NCBI RefSeq assembly: GCF_018350175.1
Contig: NC_058368.1
Location: forward strand, 83,268,001 to 83,332,000
DNA: 64,000 nt
Direction of reading: 5' to 3'
From: Felis catus
Lineage: Eukaryota
Part shown: positions 52,349 to 62,262 of the stretch, piece by piece
Numbering within the stretch: the first letter of the stretch is position 1
How the letters are laid out: every line of letters starts with the position of its first letter
Program-made: the position numbers and the translations under genes
The notes under the pieces: generated by a model
Seen by the model: the letters and a program-made list of their open reading frames with translations, nothing else
The model's database searches: none
Told to the model about the DNA's origin: nothing

Positions 52349-53921
52349 ACAAAGGAATTTGCAACTTAAATGCAATCCCTATCAAAGTTCCAATGATGAT
52401 TTTTGCAGAAATTAAAAAAAATTATCCTAATGTTTATATAGAGCCACAAAAGAAGCTCATTAAGCAAAATGAATTGGAGCAAGAAGGAAAAATCTGAAGG
52501 CATCATATTTCTTAATTTCAACATATATTGCAAAGCCAAGAAATCAAAATAGATGGTACTGGCTTAAAAAGAAGAGAACTAAGAAATACACCCATGCATA
52601 TATAATCAATTCTTACTCAAGGAGATTGACAAACATATACAAAGGAAAGGACAATCTTTTCAAAAATAACATTGGGAAAAATACAACCATGCAAAAAAAA
52701 AAATAAATAAATTAGGATGCTATTCTACACCACACACAAAATCAACACAAATGGATTAAAATTTAAATATTACAAGAGACTTTTTGTATAACCAGGGAAT
52801 ATTCTTTGTGGCATTCTTTTTGACAATTAATTTTAGTATTTGACTCGAAAAGTAGACTTTACAACTAAAGTACACAAGTAGCATTAAGTCAGAGAAAAAT
52901 CTCCTATACAGCAAACAACTAACAAAGTGAAAAATTAACACACAGAAAAGGAAAAAATTATTTGCACAATATACATTTGAGAAACAATATCCCCAAAATA
53001 TAAAGAACTCCAACTCCTGAATAATAGTAACAATCATAATCATAATTATAAAATATTTTCTGAGTAACTGAATAGACATTTCTCCAAATAAGATATGCAA
53101 ATAGCAAAAAAGGTATATGAAAAATTGTTCATTATCACTAATCAACAAGTGAAATGCAAATTCAAACAATGTCAAGATCTCATTTCTCAGCAGTTAAAAT
53201 ACACATTATCAAAACAAAACAAAACAAAACAAAACAAAACAAAACAAAAGCAGTTAAGTGTTGGTGAAGATGTGGAGGTAAGGAAACCTCCATACAATAC
53301 TGGTGAGAATGTAAATTGGTACAGCTACTATGAAAAATAGTTTGGAAGTTCTTCAAAAACTAAAAATAGAATCATTGTATGATCCATAAATCATACAATG
53401 GATCATTGTATGATCCATAAATGACATTTCTGGAAGTATATTCAAAGTAATTGAAATTAGGATCTTAAAGAGATATCTGCAATCCCATTTCAATTGAAGT
53501 ATTTTACACAATAGCCAACAAACAGAAGCAAACTAAATGTCTGTAAACAGATGAATGTATGAACAAAATGCAGGACATAATGTACAATTATTATTGAACT
53601 AAAGAAGGAAGGAAATTCTGCTATTTGCAATGACATAAGTTGAGCTCAAAAGACATTATACTACGTAAAATAAGCCAAACACAGAAAAACACATACTACA
53701 AGATACCACTTATAAGAGGATCTAAAATAGTCAAACTCCTAAAAACAAAGAGTAGAGTAGTGATTGTCAGGGCCTGGTAGCAAAGATAAACTAGAAGATA
53801 TTTGTAAAATGGTACAAAGGTTTGATTATACAAGATGACTAATTCCTAGAGATCTGTACAGAATAATGCATGTAGTTATCAATACTATATTGCATGCTTA
53901 AAAATATACTAATATGTAAGA

Positions 53922-54623
53922 TGTTGGGGAAAAACCCTTAGTAATTAGACAGAAACAGCTGGAGCACCTGGGTGGCTTTGTCAGTTAAACATCTGACTTC
54001 AGCTCAGGTCACGATCTTGTGGTCTGTGAGTTCGAACCTTATATCTGTGCTGATAGCTCAGAGCCTGGAGCCTGATTCAGATTCTCTCTCTCTCTCTCTC
54101 TCTCTCTGACCCTTTCCTGCTTGCACTCTGTCTCTCTCTCTCTCAAAAATAAACAAACATTACAAAAAAAGTTACAATTAGACAGCAACAGTTGACAAAG
54201 TGTTCCTTCATGTCAAGAAAGAAAAACTAAAATTTTCATTAGGCTAAAGAATTGTGAGGAAAAAATAAAACAGCACAGCCTTGCACAAAAAATCAATACA
54301 TATCACAAAAGACCACTGCAACATATCCTATTATATTCTCCAAAACTTGCCACCTCCTGAACTTGTTACCAGAAACTGCAAACTGTATCCCGTTTGCCAC
54401 TCTGTTCCTAAAAATTACACGCTGGGATTTAGTTTGACTAGTCTTCATAAAGGACATAGAACTTGTGGGTTTTGTCTATTTAACCCTGAGCTTAATATTT
54501 CCCCTTCAGGGTATACTTTTTTGTCTGTAGCCAAAGGCTGTATGGCAGCCTTTGCAAACTGTGTGGCAATAAAGCTTGTTGTAACTGACTAAACCATTGC
54601 ATTCTAGGATGATTTTGTTGACA
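53922..54623 (+). mobile_element. Probable ERV solo LTR containing a SINE
   Basis: TG...CA termini (tgttgg / ttgaca), AATAAA at ~54568, interrupts an L1 3'UTR; TSD not recovered. Confidence 0.65.
53961..54172 (+). mobile_element. Can-SINE nested in the LTR, 18-bp TSD with 2 mismatches
   Basis: aattagacagaaacagct (53943-53960) / aattagacagcaacagtt (54176-54193). Confidence 0.95.
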
Positions 54624-54794
54624 ATGTGTTCTTACCAAAAAATATAAGTACATTTGGAGGAAATTTTGGAGGTGATAGGTATGCTAGGGCATGGATTGTG
54701 GTGATACACTGTTGTATGCTTATCTGCAAATTCATTAAGTTGCATACATTAATTATGTGTAACTTTTTGCATTTCATTTTTTCTTTAATACAGT

Positions 54795-54965
54795 AGTATT
54801 TCTGTGCTCTCTATATTTGTTGTGAATCTGTATATTGCTTTGGGTAGTATGGACATTTTAATGGCATATGTTCTTGCAATCTGTGAGCATGGAATATCTT
54901 TCCATTTGTTTGTGTTGTCTTCAACTTCTTTTGCCAATATTTTTAGCTTTGTTTTTAAATACAGA
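54795..54965 (-). mobile_element. L1 ORF2 fragment
   Basis: Track 54785..54988: NKWKDIPCS...[12 protein letters not shown]. Confidence 0.85.
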
Positions 54966-55025
54966 TGTGTTTGGGACTCCAACTCCAAAACTTCTCAACT
55001 TCATTAATATCTTCAATTTATTCTT

Positions 55026-55247
55026 TTTTTTTTAATTTTTTTTTCAACGTTTATTTATTTTTGGGACAGAGAGAGACAGAGCATGAACGGGGGAGGGGCA
55101 GAGAGAGAGGGAGACACAGAATCGGAAACAGGCTCCAGGCTCTGAGCCATCAGCCCAGAGCCCGACGCGGGGCTCGAACCCACGGACCGCGAGATCGTGA
55201 CCTGGCTGAAGTTGGACACTCAACTGACTGCGCCACCCAGGCGCCCC
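55026..55247 (-). mobile_element. Very young felid Can-SINE, perfect 14-15-bp TSD
   Basis: (c)ttcaatttattctt at 55011-55025 and 55247-55261; nearly identical to 22872-23088. Confidence 0.98.
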
Positions 55248-55449
55248 TTCAATTTATTCTTCTTAATACTTTTTACTGTCCCTCAATCATGCCCTCACTT
55301 CTTTCCTGAATCAGCTTACATTATATCTACCATTCTTTTTTTACATGTCTTCAACTTTATTGCTCCCTCTTGTTTTATTATATTTGCTTTACTAAATAGC
55401 ACACTGCTTAAATGAAACTTTTCACACATTTAAGGCAAACACTTATGCA

Positions 55450-56790
55450 AGTTAATGTGGTTGTATAAAAATTATACCATGATGATGGCTTCATTAAGCA
55501 CGGGTGGACTTTCCATGTTTCCCAGAATCCTTGCTAGGTCCTAGGTCCATTCCTTGATCCACTCTTTTAAATGACTATTTCATACTGATTGTTCTCTTCT
55601 TAAGTTCAAAAAAACCTCCATATTAATTCTGAGTCTTTGGCCTTAATATCTATTTTTATGAGAAATGTGTAAAATTCATGAAGAAGGGAAATTCATATAG
55701 ATTCTTCCCAGCCCACCTATTTTCATCTGTGCCTATGCATTCTATTTTTTCTCCTAATCAAATTAGGAGCTGTCTGTGCTTCTAACAGGGACCCAAAGTC
55801 GCATTTGTGTTCTAGATTCCATTCTGCTGCCAACTATTCAAAGGCTTTACCTCAGAGATCCTCCTTTCTCTCTCAGCAATCATTGTTTCTCCCTTCACTG
55901 AACAATGTTTTTTTTCGGAATATTAATAGGCTTCATTTCTTCTCCTTACTTCAGTTACTTTAACTATCATCTACAGTCTAGTGATTCCCAAGATTTAAGT
56001 GTCTCTAGAAGATGAGTCATTCCTAAACTTGACCATTCTTATAATTGCCTTCTTGTGGTCACTACTTGAATGGCTAAATGGTTTCTAAAAAAAACAAACA
56101 AAAAAACAAAAAACATTGATGGGAGCCTGGGTGGCTCAGTGGGATAAATATCTGACTTAGGCATAGGTCATGATCCCACGGTTCATGGGTTCAAGCCCCT
56201 CATCAGGTTCTGTGCTGACAGCTCAGAGCCTGGAGCCTGCTTTGGATTCTGTGTGTGTCTCTCTCTACCACTCTCTCACTTGTGCTCTGTCCCTGTCTCA
56301 AAAATAAATAAACATTAGAGAAAATTTAAAAGAAAAGACATGGTAAATACCGTCCTGATCTCTTCACTCCTCAAAAAATTTCACTGCTATTCCAATTATT
56401 TCCTCATCTTAGAAAAATTAAAGAGCAAAATTAAGTAACAAGAGGAAGAAAATGAGTCATTTTGCCTCTTCTTTTTTATATTCCAATCTATTGGCAAATA
56501 TTGTTAACCCCAAATCTCAAAATGTACCACATCTCGACATCCTCAGTGTTTCTATACCAGGTCTAGACTTGACCATATTTTAGTTTATTGCATGGTCTTC
56601 CTAATTTCTTTCTCACCCTCCTATGATATGTTCTCAACCCATTTTTATCCATAGGTCTTTTCAAGATATATCAATTATGTATTTATTTTCTTAATTATTA
56701 TATTAATTCACAAGGTTTAAAAGCCAAAATCACAATATGCACCCACAAAGATCTAGGTATTTTTTCTGCACCTTCTCTTCCCCATTTTAT
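55450..56790 (+). mobile_element. Ancient L2 remnant, interrupted by a SINE
   Basis: catttgtgttctagattccattc...ttcaaaggcttt; ttaactatcatctacagtctagtgattcccaa; ccaatctattggcaaatattgtt resemble L2 3' ORF/UTR. Confidence 0.7.
56121..56332 (+). mobile_element. Can-SINE
   Basis: gggagcctgggtggctcagt head, gggttcaagccc, ctcaaaaataaataaa tail. Confidence 0.93.
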
Positions 56791-56851
56791 TCTTCCTCTT
56801 CTTTTGAAATATAATCTTTCCTTAATATTTTATTTTCACTTATTAATAAAT

Positions 56852-56853
56852 CT

Positions 56854-56888
<35 letters not shown>

Positions 56889-56890
56889 TT
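56852..56890. repeat. (TTTA)n microsatellite
   Basis: Direct reading. Confidence 0.93.
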
Positions 56891-58571
56891 TTTGCCAAAG
56901 ACACTAGGTGATGTGATGCTATTTTATTAAATATTTAAAAATTTAAGCCCAGACAGTGTTTAAATTCATGCACATTTAATTGTATGGTTTGATTATTAAA
57001 ATTATGTTGTGGATAGTTAAGTCATGAAAAATGGTAAGAATTTTATTTTTTTTTACCTCAGGGAGTATTATCAAAGCACCATACATTTTCATTTCACACA
57101 TCAAATTTTAATTTGTTGTTTGGAACTCATTGTTTCTGTGGTAATACCAGTACATAAAAATCATACTCTAAATCCATGCCTTTTATTTCAATGGGTGTCC
57201 TCACTCTCCTCCATCCTACTCAGATTTTCTCCACATTTTCAATTCAGTTGTTAGAGTATTGTCATTCTGTGGATTTTACTCTCCTGACTTTTAAATATGT
57301 AACAATATAGAGAATACAGGGTATGCATGCAAACTCTACACATTACTAAGAACTCGTCTGTTTTCTTTTCTCTCCTAATTGAAAATTTTATATTATTTCC
57401 TTTGGTCATTTTTACTATTTACATTATCTAATATTTCTCATTGGAATCACACAAAAACTACTAAGTCAGAAATAATTATCCAAGGGAAATTCGGGATTAC
57501 CCACATCAGGTATTCCAGCAAGTGTTATATGTGAGGTATAATGTGTTTATGTATGTCATACAGCAATGTCCATTTTTTTTATTATTATGGGGAACAGCTA
57601 TGTGGGCTGATATCTAGATGTGAATTTGCTAATTATAAACAGGAATTAATGAAATTTAAACATATCATTAAGCTTTCCATTTCTTTATTTTTCTTTAAGT
57701 TTTTAATTCTGTTTAGTTAACATCCAGTGTTATATTAGTTTCAGGTATACAATATAGTGATTCAACACTTCCATATATCGCCCTGTGCTCATCACAACAA
57801 GTGCACTCCTTAATCTCCATTATGTATTTAATCCATTCCCCCACCCTCCTCCGGGGGTTGTTCTCTATAATTAAGAGTCTGTTTCTTTCTTTGTATCTCT
57901 TTCTCTTTTTTTCCCTTTGCATGTAAATTTTGTTTCTTAAATTCCACATATGAATTAAATCATATGGAAATTGTCTTTCTCTGACTGACTTATTTCACTT
58001 AGCATTATATTCCCTAGCTCCATGCCTTGCCTGTCTTTCCAAATGGCAAGCTTTCATTCTTATTTATGGATGAATAAATGGGTAAATATATACCACATAT
58101 TCTCTATCAATTCACTGACTGATGAACAATTGGGCTGCTTCCATATCTTGGCTATTGTAAATAATGCTGCTATAAACATAGCAGTACGAAAACAAAACAT
58201 AGGGATCCATGAAAAACATATTGATCCATGCATTCTTGTATTTGTAGGGTAAACACCTAGTAGTGTGATTACTGGATCATAAGATAGTTCTATTTTTAAG
58301 TTTTTGAGGAACTTCAATACTCTTTTTTAGAGTAGCTGCACCAGTTTGCATTCCCACTAACAATGTACGAAGTTTCCTTTTCCAGCAAATCCTCACCAAC
58401 ACCTCTTGCTTCTTGTGTTGTTAATTTTAGCCATTCTGACAGGTGTGAGGTAATATTCCATTGTAATTTTGATTTTCATTTCACAGATGATAAATGATGG
58501 TAAGCATCTTTTCATGTATCTGCTATAAATGAGGTGGTTCTGACCATTTATTAATTGGATTATGTGTTTTT

Positions 58572-58807
58572 TGTGGGTGGCATGACCTAAATCCTTTCTC
58601 ACTTAAAGCCAGCATCCATCTCAAATTCTGGATAACTCTGGGAAGTGGAATGCTTTTACTGTCTCTCTTTTTATGTCTTTGCAAAATCACCCTCAAAGCC
58701 ACCCAATAGCAAAAGAAGGACCAGGAGCTTGTTATGACAGTCCTCAAACATAAAACCAGAAGAACCAGGAAAAACAAAAAAGGGGGAACTGTAAGGAATA
58801 AGTTTAG
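58572..58807 (+). pseudogene. env: Class II (betaretrovirus/ERVK-like) env C-terminal remnant: membrane anchor and cytoplasmic tail
   Basis: Manual translation from 58572: CGWHDLNPFSLKASIHLKFWITLGSGMLLLSLFLCLCKITLKATQ*QKKDQELVMTVLKHKTRRTRKNKKGGTVRNK. Confidence 0.7.
58771..58789 (+). other. Polypurine tract of the ERV
   Basis: aaaacaaaaaagggggaac immediately before the LTR-start TG. Confidence 0.8.
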
Positions 58808-59049
58808 GAATTCCCTGAGCTTGCACCAATGGGTTAACAAAGAGTGGAGCAGAAAGCATCTGAGAATAGGTAAAGAGTGTGGAACTCCCCCAGCATAGAA
58901 CAAAGCTTAGAGTGGTAAGCCGCTTCCACAGGATGAAAGTGTCTGAGAATAGGTAAACAGGTAAACATTGAGAAAAAACCACCACAGCAGGGCGAAATTG
59001 CCAGGAGCCAATTACAAAAAATAATAAAATAAAATGAAAGAAAGAAATA

Positions 59050-59093
<44 letters not shown>

Positions 59094-59494
59094 AAAAGAA
59101 AAAGAAAAAAAAAGTGCTTTGTTGACCCTGGGGTAGCAAACTGTATCTGTCTTATCCCCTGGACAAGTTAAGATAAACAGACATGGCGCCTGGTTCCTGC
59201 CATAGAGAGCCATCTGCTCTGCACTGGGATTTTGTTTTGTATTGACCCAGGTCCCTAACACCGCATATCTTTGAAACCCCCTTTATCTCACATACATGTG
59301 TTAATGATCACTGTTTTATTGTCTCTTTCTGCACGTCCATCCTGCTTGTAAGCCTTCATATCCTAAAAAAAATATAGAACAAGGACCCATACTGGGGCGC
59401 TAGTCCCCTTCTGGGCATTAGCCTCTCTTGCATTCCACTCTCAGTCTGCTTCCTTGCTGGACAAGAGAGAACTTCAGACTCAATGTCTGTGACA
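58790..59494 (+). mobile_element. ERV 3' LTR
   Basis: tgtaagg...tgtgaca termini; preceded by PPT; internal direct repeat tctgagaataggtaaa; internal (GAAA)n 59038-59092; L1 resumes at 59495. Confidence 0.8.
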
Positions 59495-59668
59495 ACCCCC
59501 TTTATTGAATATGTCACTTGCAAATAGCTTCTCCTATTCCAAAGTTTGCCTTTTAGTTTTGTTGATTGCTTCCTTCTCTCTGCAGAAGTTTTGCAATTTG
59601 AAATCCCAATATTTTATTTTTGCTTTCCTTTCCCTTTTATCAGAAGACATATCTAAAAAGATAGTGCT

Positions 59669-59882
59669 GGGGTGCCTGGGTGGCTCAGTCAGGTAAGCAT
59701 CCAACTTCAGCTCATGTCAAAATCTCAAGGTGGTGAGCTCAAGCTCCGTGTTAGTCTCTGTGCTGACAGCCTGGAGCCCACTTTGGATTCTGTGTGTGTC
59801 TCTCTCTGCCCCTCTCCCCGTTCTCTCTCTCTCTCTCTCTTCCTCTCTCTCTCCTTCAAAAATAAATAAACATCAAAAAAAT
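59669..59882 (+). mobile_element. Can-SINE
   Basis: ggggtgcctgggtggctcagt head; degenerate TSD aaagatagtgct / aaagactttgct. Confidence 0.93.
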
Positions 59883-60175
59883 TTTAAAGACTTTGCTATG
59901 CTGATGTCAAAGAAATTACTGCCTGTGTTTTATTCTAGGATTTTCATAGTTTCAGATCTCTCATTTATGTTTTCTATCAATTTTGAAAATACTTTTTGTG
60001 TGTGGTGTAAGGAAGTGATCCAGTTTCATTCTTTTGCATGTTTCTTTCCAGTTTTCCCAACACCATTTGTTGAAGAGACTGTCTTTTTTCATTGGATATT
60101 CTTTCCTGCTTTGTCAAAGATTAAGTGACCATGTGGTTTTAAGTTGATTTCTTTTTCTTTATTTTCTTTTCTAAT

Positions 60176-60181
60176 TTCTTT

Positions 60182-60241
<60 letters not shown>

Positions 60242-60242
60242 T
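60176..60242. repeat. (TTTC)n microsatellite within L1
   Basis: Direct reading. Confidence 0.95.
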
Positions 60243-62050
60243 TCTTCTTCTTTGTAGGTTCATTTTCTGGGTTTCTATTCTGCTCCTTTGATCTCTGTGT
60301 CTATTTTTGTGCCAATACTTTACTATTTTGTCACTACTGCTTTACAATATACCTTGAAGCCCAGAAATGTGATGCCTCCAGGTTTGCTTTTCTTTTTCAA
60401 GACTGCTTTGGATATTTGGAATCTTTTGTGGTTGTATACAATTTTTAGTATTGCTTGTTCTATATCCGTGAAGAAAGTTGTTGGTATTTTGATAGGCATT
60501 ACATTCAATCCATACATTGCTTTGGGTAATACAGGCATTTTAAGAATATTTGCTCTTCAAATCCATGTTCATGGAATGTCTTTCCATTTCTTTGTGCTGC
60601 CTTCAATTTCTTTCATCAGTGTCTAATATATTTCAGAGTACAGGTCTTTTACCTACTAGTTTTAATTCATTTTTCAACATATTATTTTGGGTGAAATTGT
60701 AAATGAGATTGTTTCCTTAAAACCTGTATCTTCTGCTTCATCATTGGTGTATAGAAATGCAACAGATTTGTGCACATTAACTTTTTATCCAACAACTTTA
60801 CAACGTTTGTGTATCACTACTTGCCATTTTTTGATGGAGTCTTTTGGGTTGTCTGTGTGTAGTATCATTTCATGTGCAAATTTTGAACATTTTCTTTCTT
60901 TCTTACTAACTTGAATTTGCCTGTGAAGCCATCTGGTCTAGGATTTTTGTTTGCTAGAAGTTTTTTGATTTCTGACTCAATTTCTTCACTGGTTATTTGT
61001 TCAACTTTTGTGTTCCCTCCTAAGTTTTGGTAGTTTATATGTTTCTAGCAATTTATCAATTTCTTCTAGGTTATCCAATTTTTTGGCTTATAGTTATCCA
61101 TAATCTTTTTTGATAGTTTGTATTTCTGTCATATTGGTTGTTATTTCTCCTCTCTCATTTGTTTTTATTCGAGTCATTTTTTATTGATAAATCTGGTTAT
61201 AGGTTTATCAATTTTGTTGATATTTTCAGTGAACCAGCTCCTGGTTTCATTGATCTCGTCTATTGTTTTTGTTGTTTGTTTTTGTTTTTGTTTCTATATC
61301 ATTTATGTCTGCTCTAATTTTATTTTTTTCTTCTTTCTGTTGGCTTTAGGCTTCATTAACGTTTCTTTTTCTATATCCTATAATCTTTAAATTTATGGTT
61401 AGACTATTTATTTGATATTTGTTGTTGCTTTTTAAAATAGACCTCTATAGCTATAAACTTTGCTTTTAAAGCCACTTTTTCTGCATCCCAGATTTTGGAC
61501 AATTGAGTTTTCATTTTCATTTATCTCCAAGTACTTTTGACTTGTCTTTATTTCTTAGTTGCATTCATTATTTAGTAGAATGTTTTTTTAACCTTCATGT
61601 CTTTATGGTCTTTCCAGATCTTTTCTTGTGATTGACTTCTAGTTTCATAGCACTGTGAACCAAGCAATATGCATGGTATGTTTTCAGTCTTCTTGTAGAA
61701 TGTTTGTATGTATTGGAAAGAATGTCTCTCCTGCTGTTTTAGGATGGGATGTTCTGAATATATGTGTTAAATTAAAATGATCCAGTGTGTCATTCAAAGC
61801 CACATTTTCTTGTGTTTTTTTTTTCCGTTTAATTTTTCCATGGATATAAGTAGAGTGTTAAAGTCCCCTATTATTTTGGTATTATTATCAATTAGTTTGT
61901 TTTATTTTTTTTATATATTTGGGTGCTTTCATGTTGGGTGCAAAAATATTTACAATTGCTATATCTTTGTGTTGAATTGTCCCCTTTATTATTATATAGA
62001 GTCCTCTTATGTCTTTTCTTACAGTCTTTGTTTTAAAGCCTACCTTGTCT

Positions 62051-62262
62051 GGGGCGCCTGGGTGGCTCAGTTGGTTTAGCAGCTGACATTGGCTCGGGTC
62101 ATGATCTCATGGTCATCATCTCGCACTGGACTCTGTGCTGACAGCTCAGAGCCTTGAGCCTGATTTGGATTCTGTTTCTCCCTCTCTCTCTCTCTGCCCC
62201 TCCCCTGCTTGTACTCTGCCTATCTCGTCTCTCAAAAATAATTAAAAACAAGCATTAAAAAA
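62051..62262 (+). mobile_element. Can-SINE
   Basis: ggggcgcctgggtggctcagt head; ctaccttgt duplicated on both flanks. Confidence 0.94.

Larger units (their letters stand above)
52350..54770 (+). mobile_element. Old L1 (L1MA-like) 3' ORF2 and 3'UTR, split by an LTR at 53922-54623
   Basis: aatgcaatccctatcaaagttccaatg...; resumes tgttcttacc...ttttggaggtgataggtatg after the LTR. Confidence 0.8.

Noticed and set aside
57470..57650. Olfactory-receptor promoter (O/E-like tccaagggaa plus TAAT sites)
   Set aside because: Poor match to the palindromic site; TAAT motifs are expected by chance in AT-rich DNA; no receptor CDS in the window
58671..59261. 196-aa minus-strand ORF as a membrane protein
   Set aside because: Antisense to the ERV LTR; the hydrophobic stretch is the (GAAA)n microsatellite
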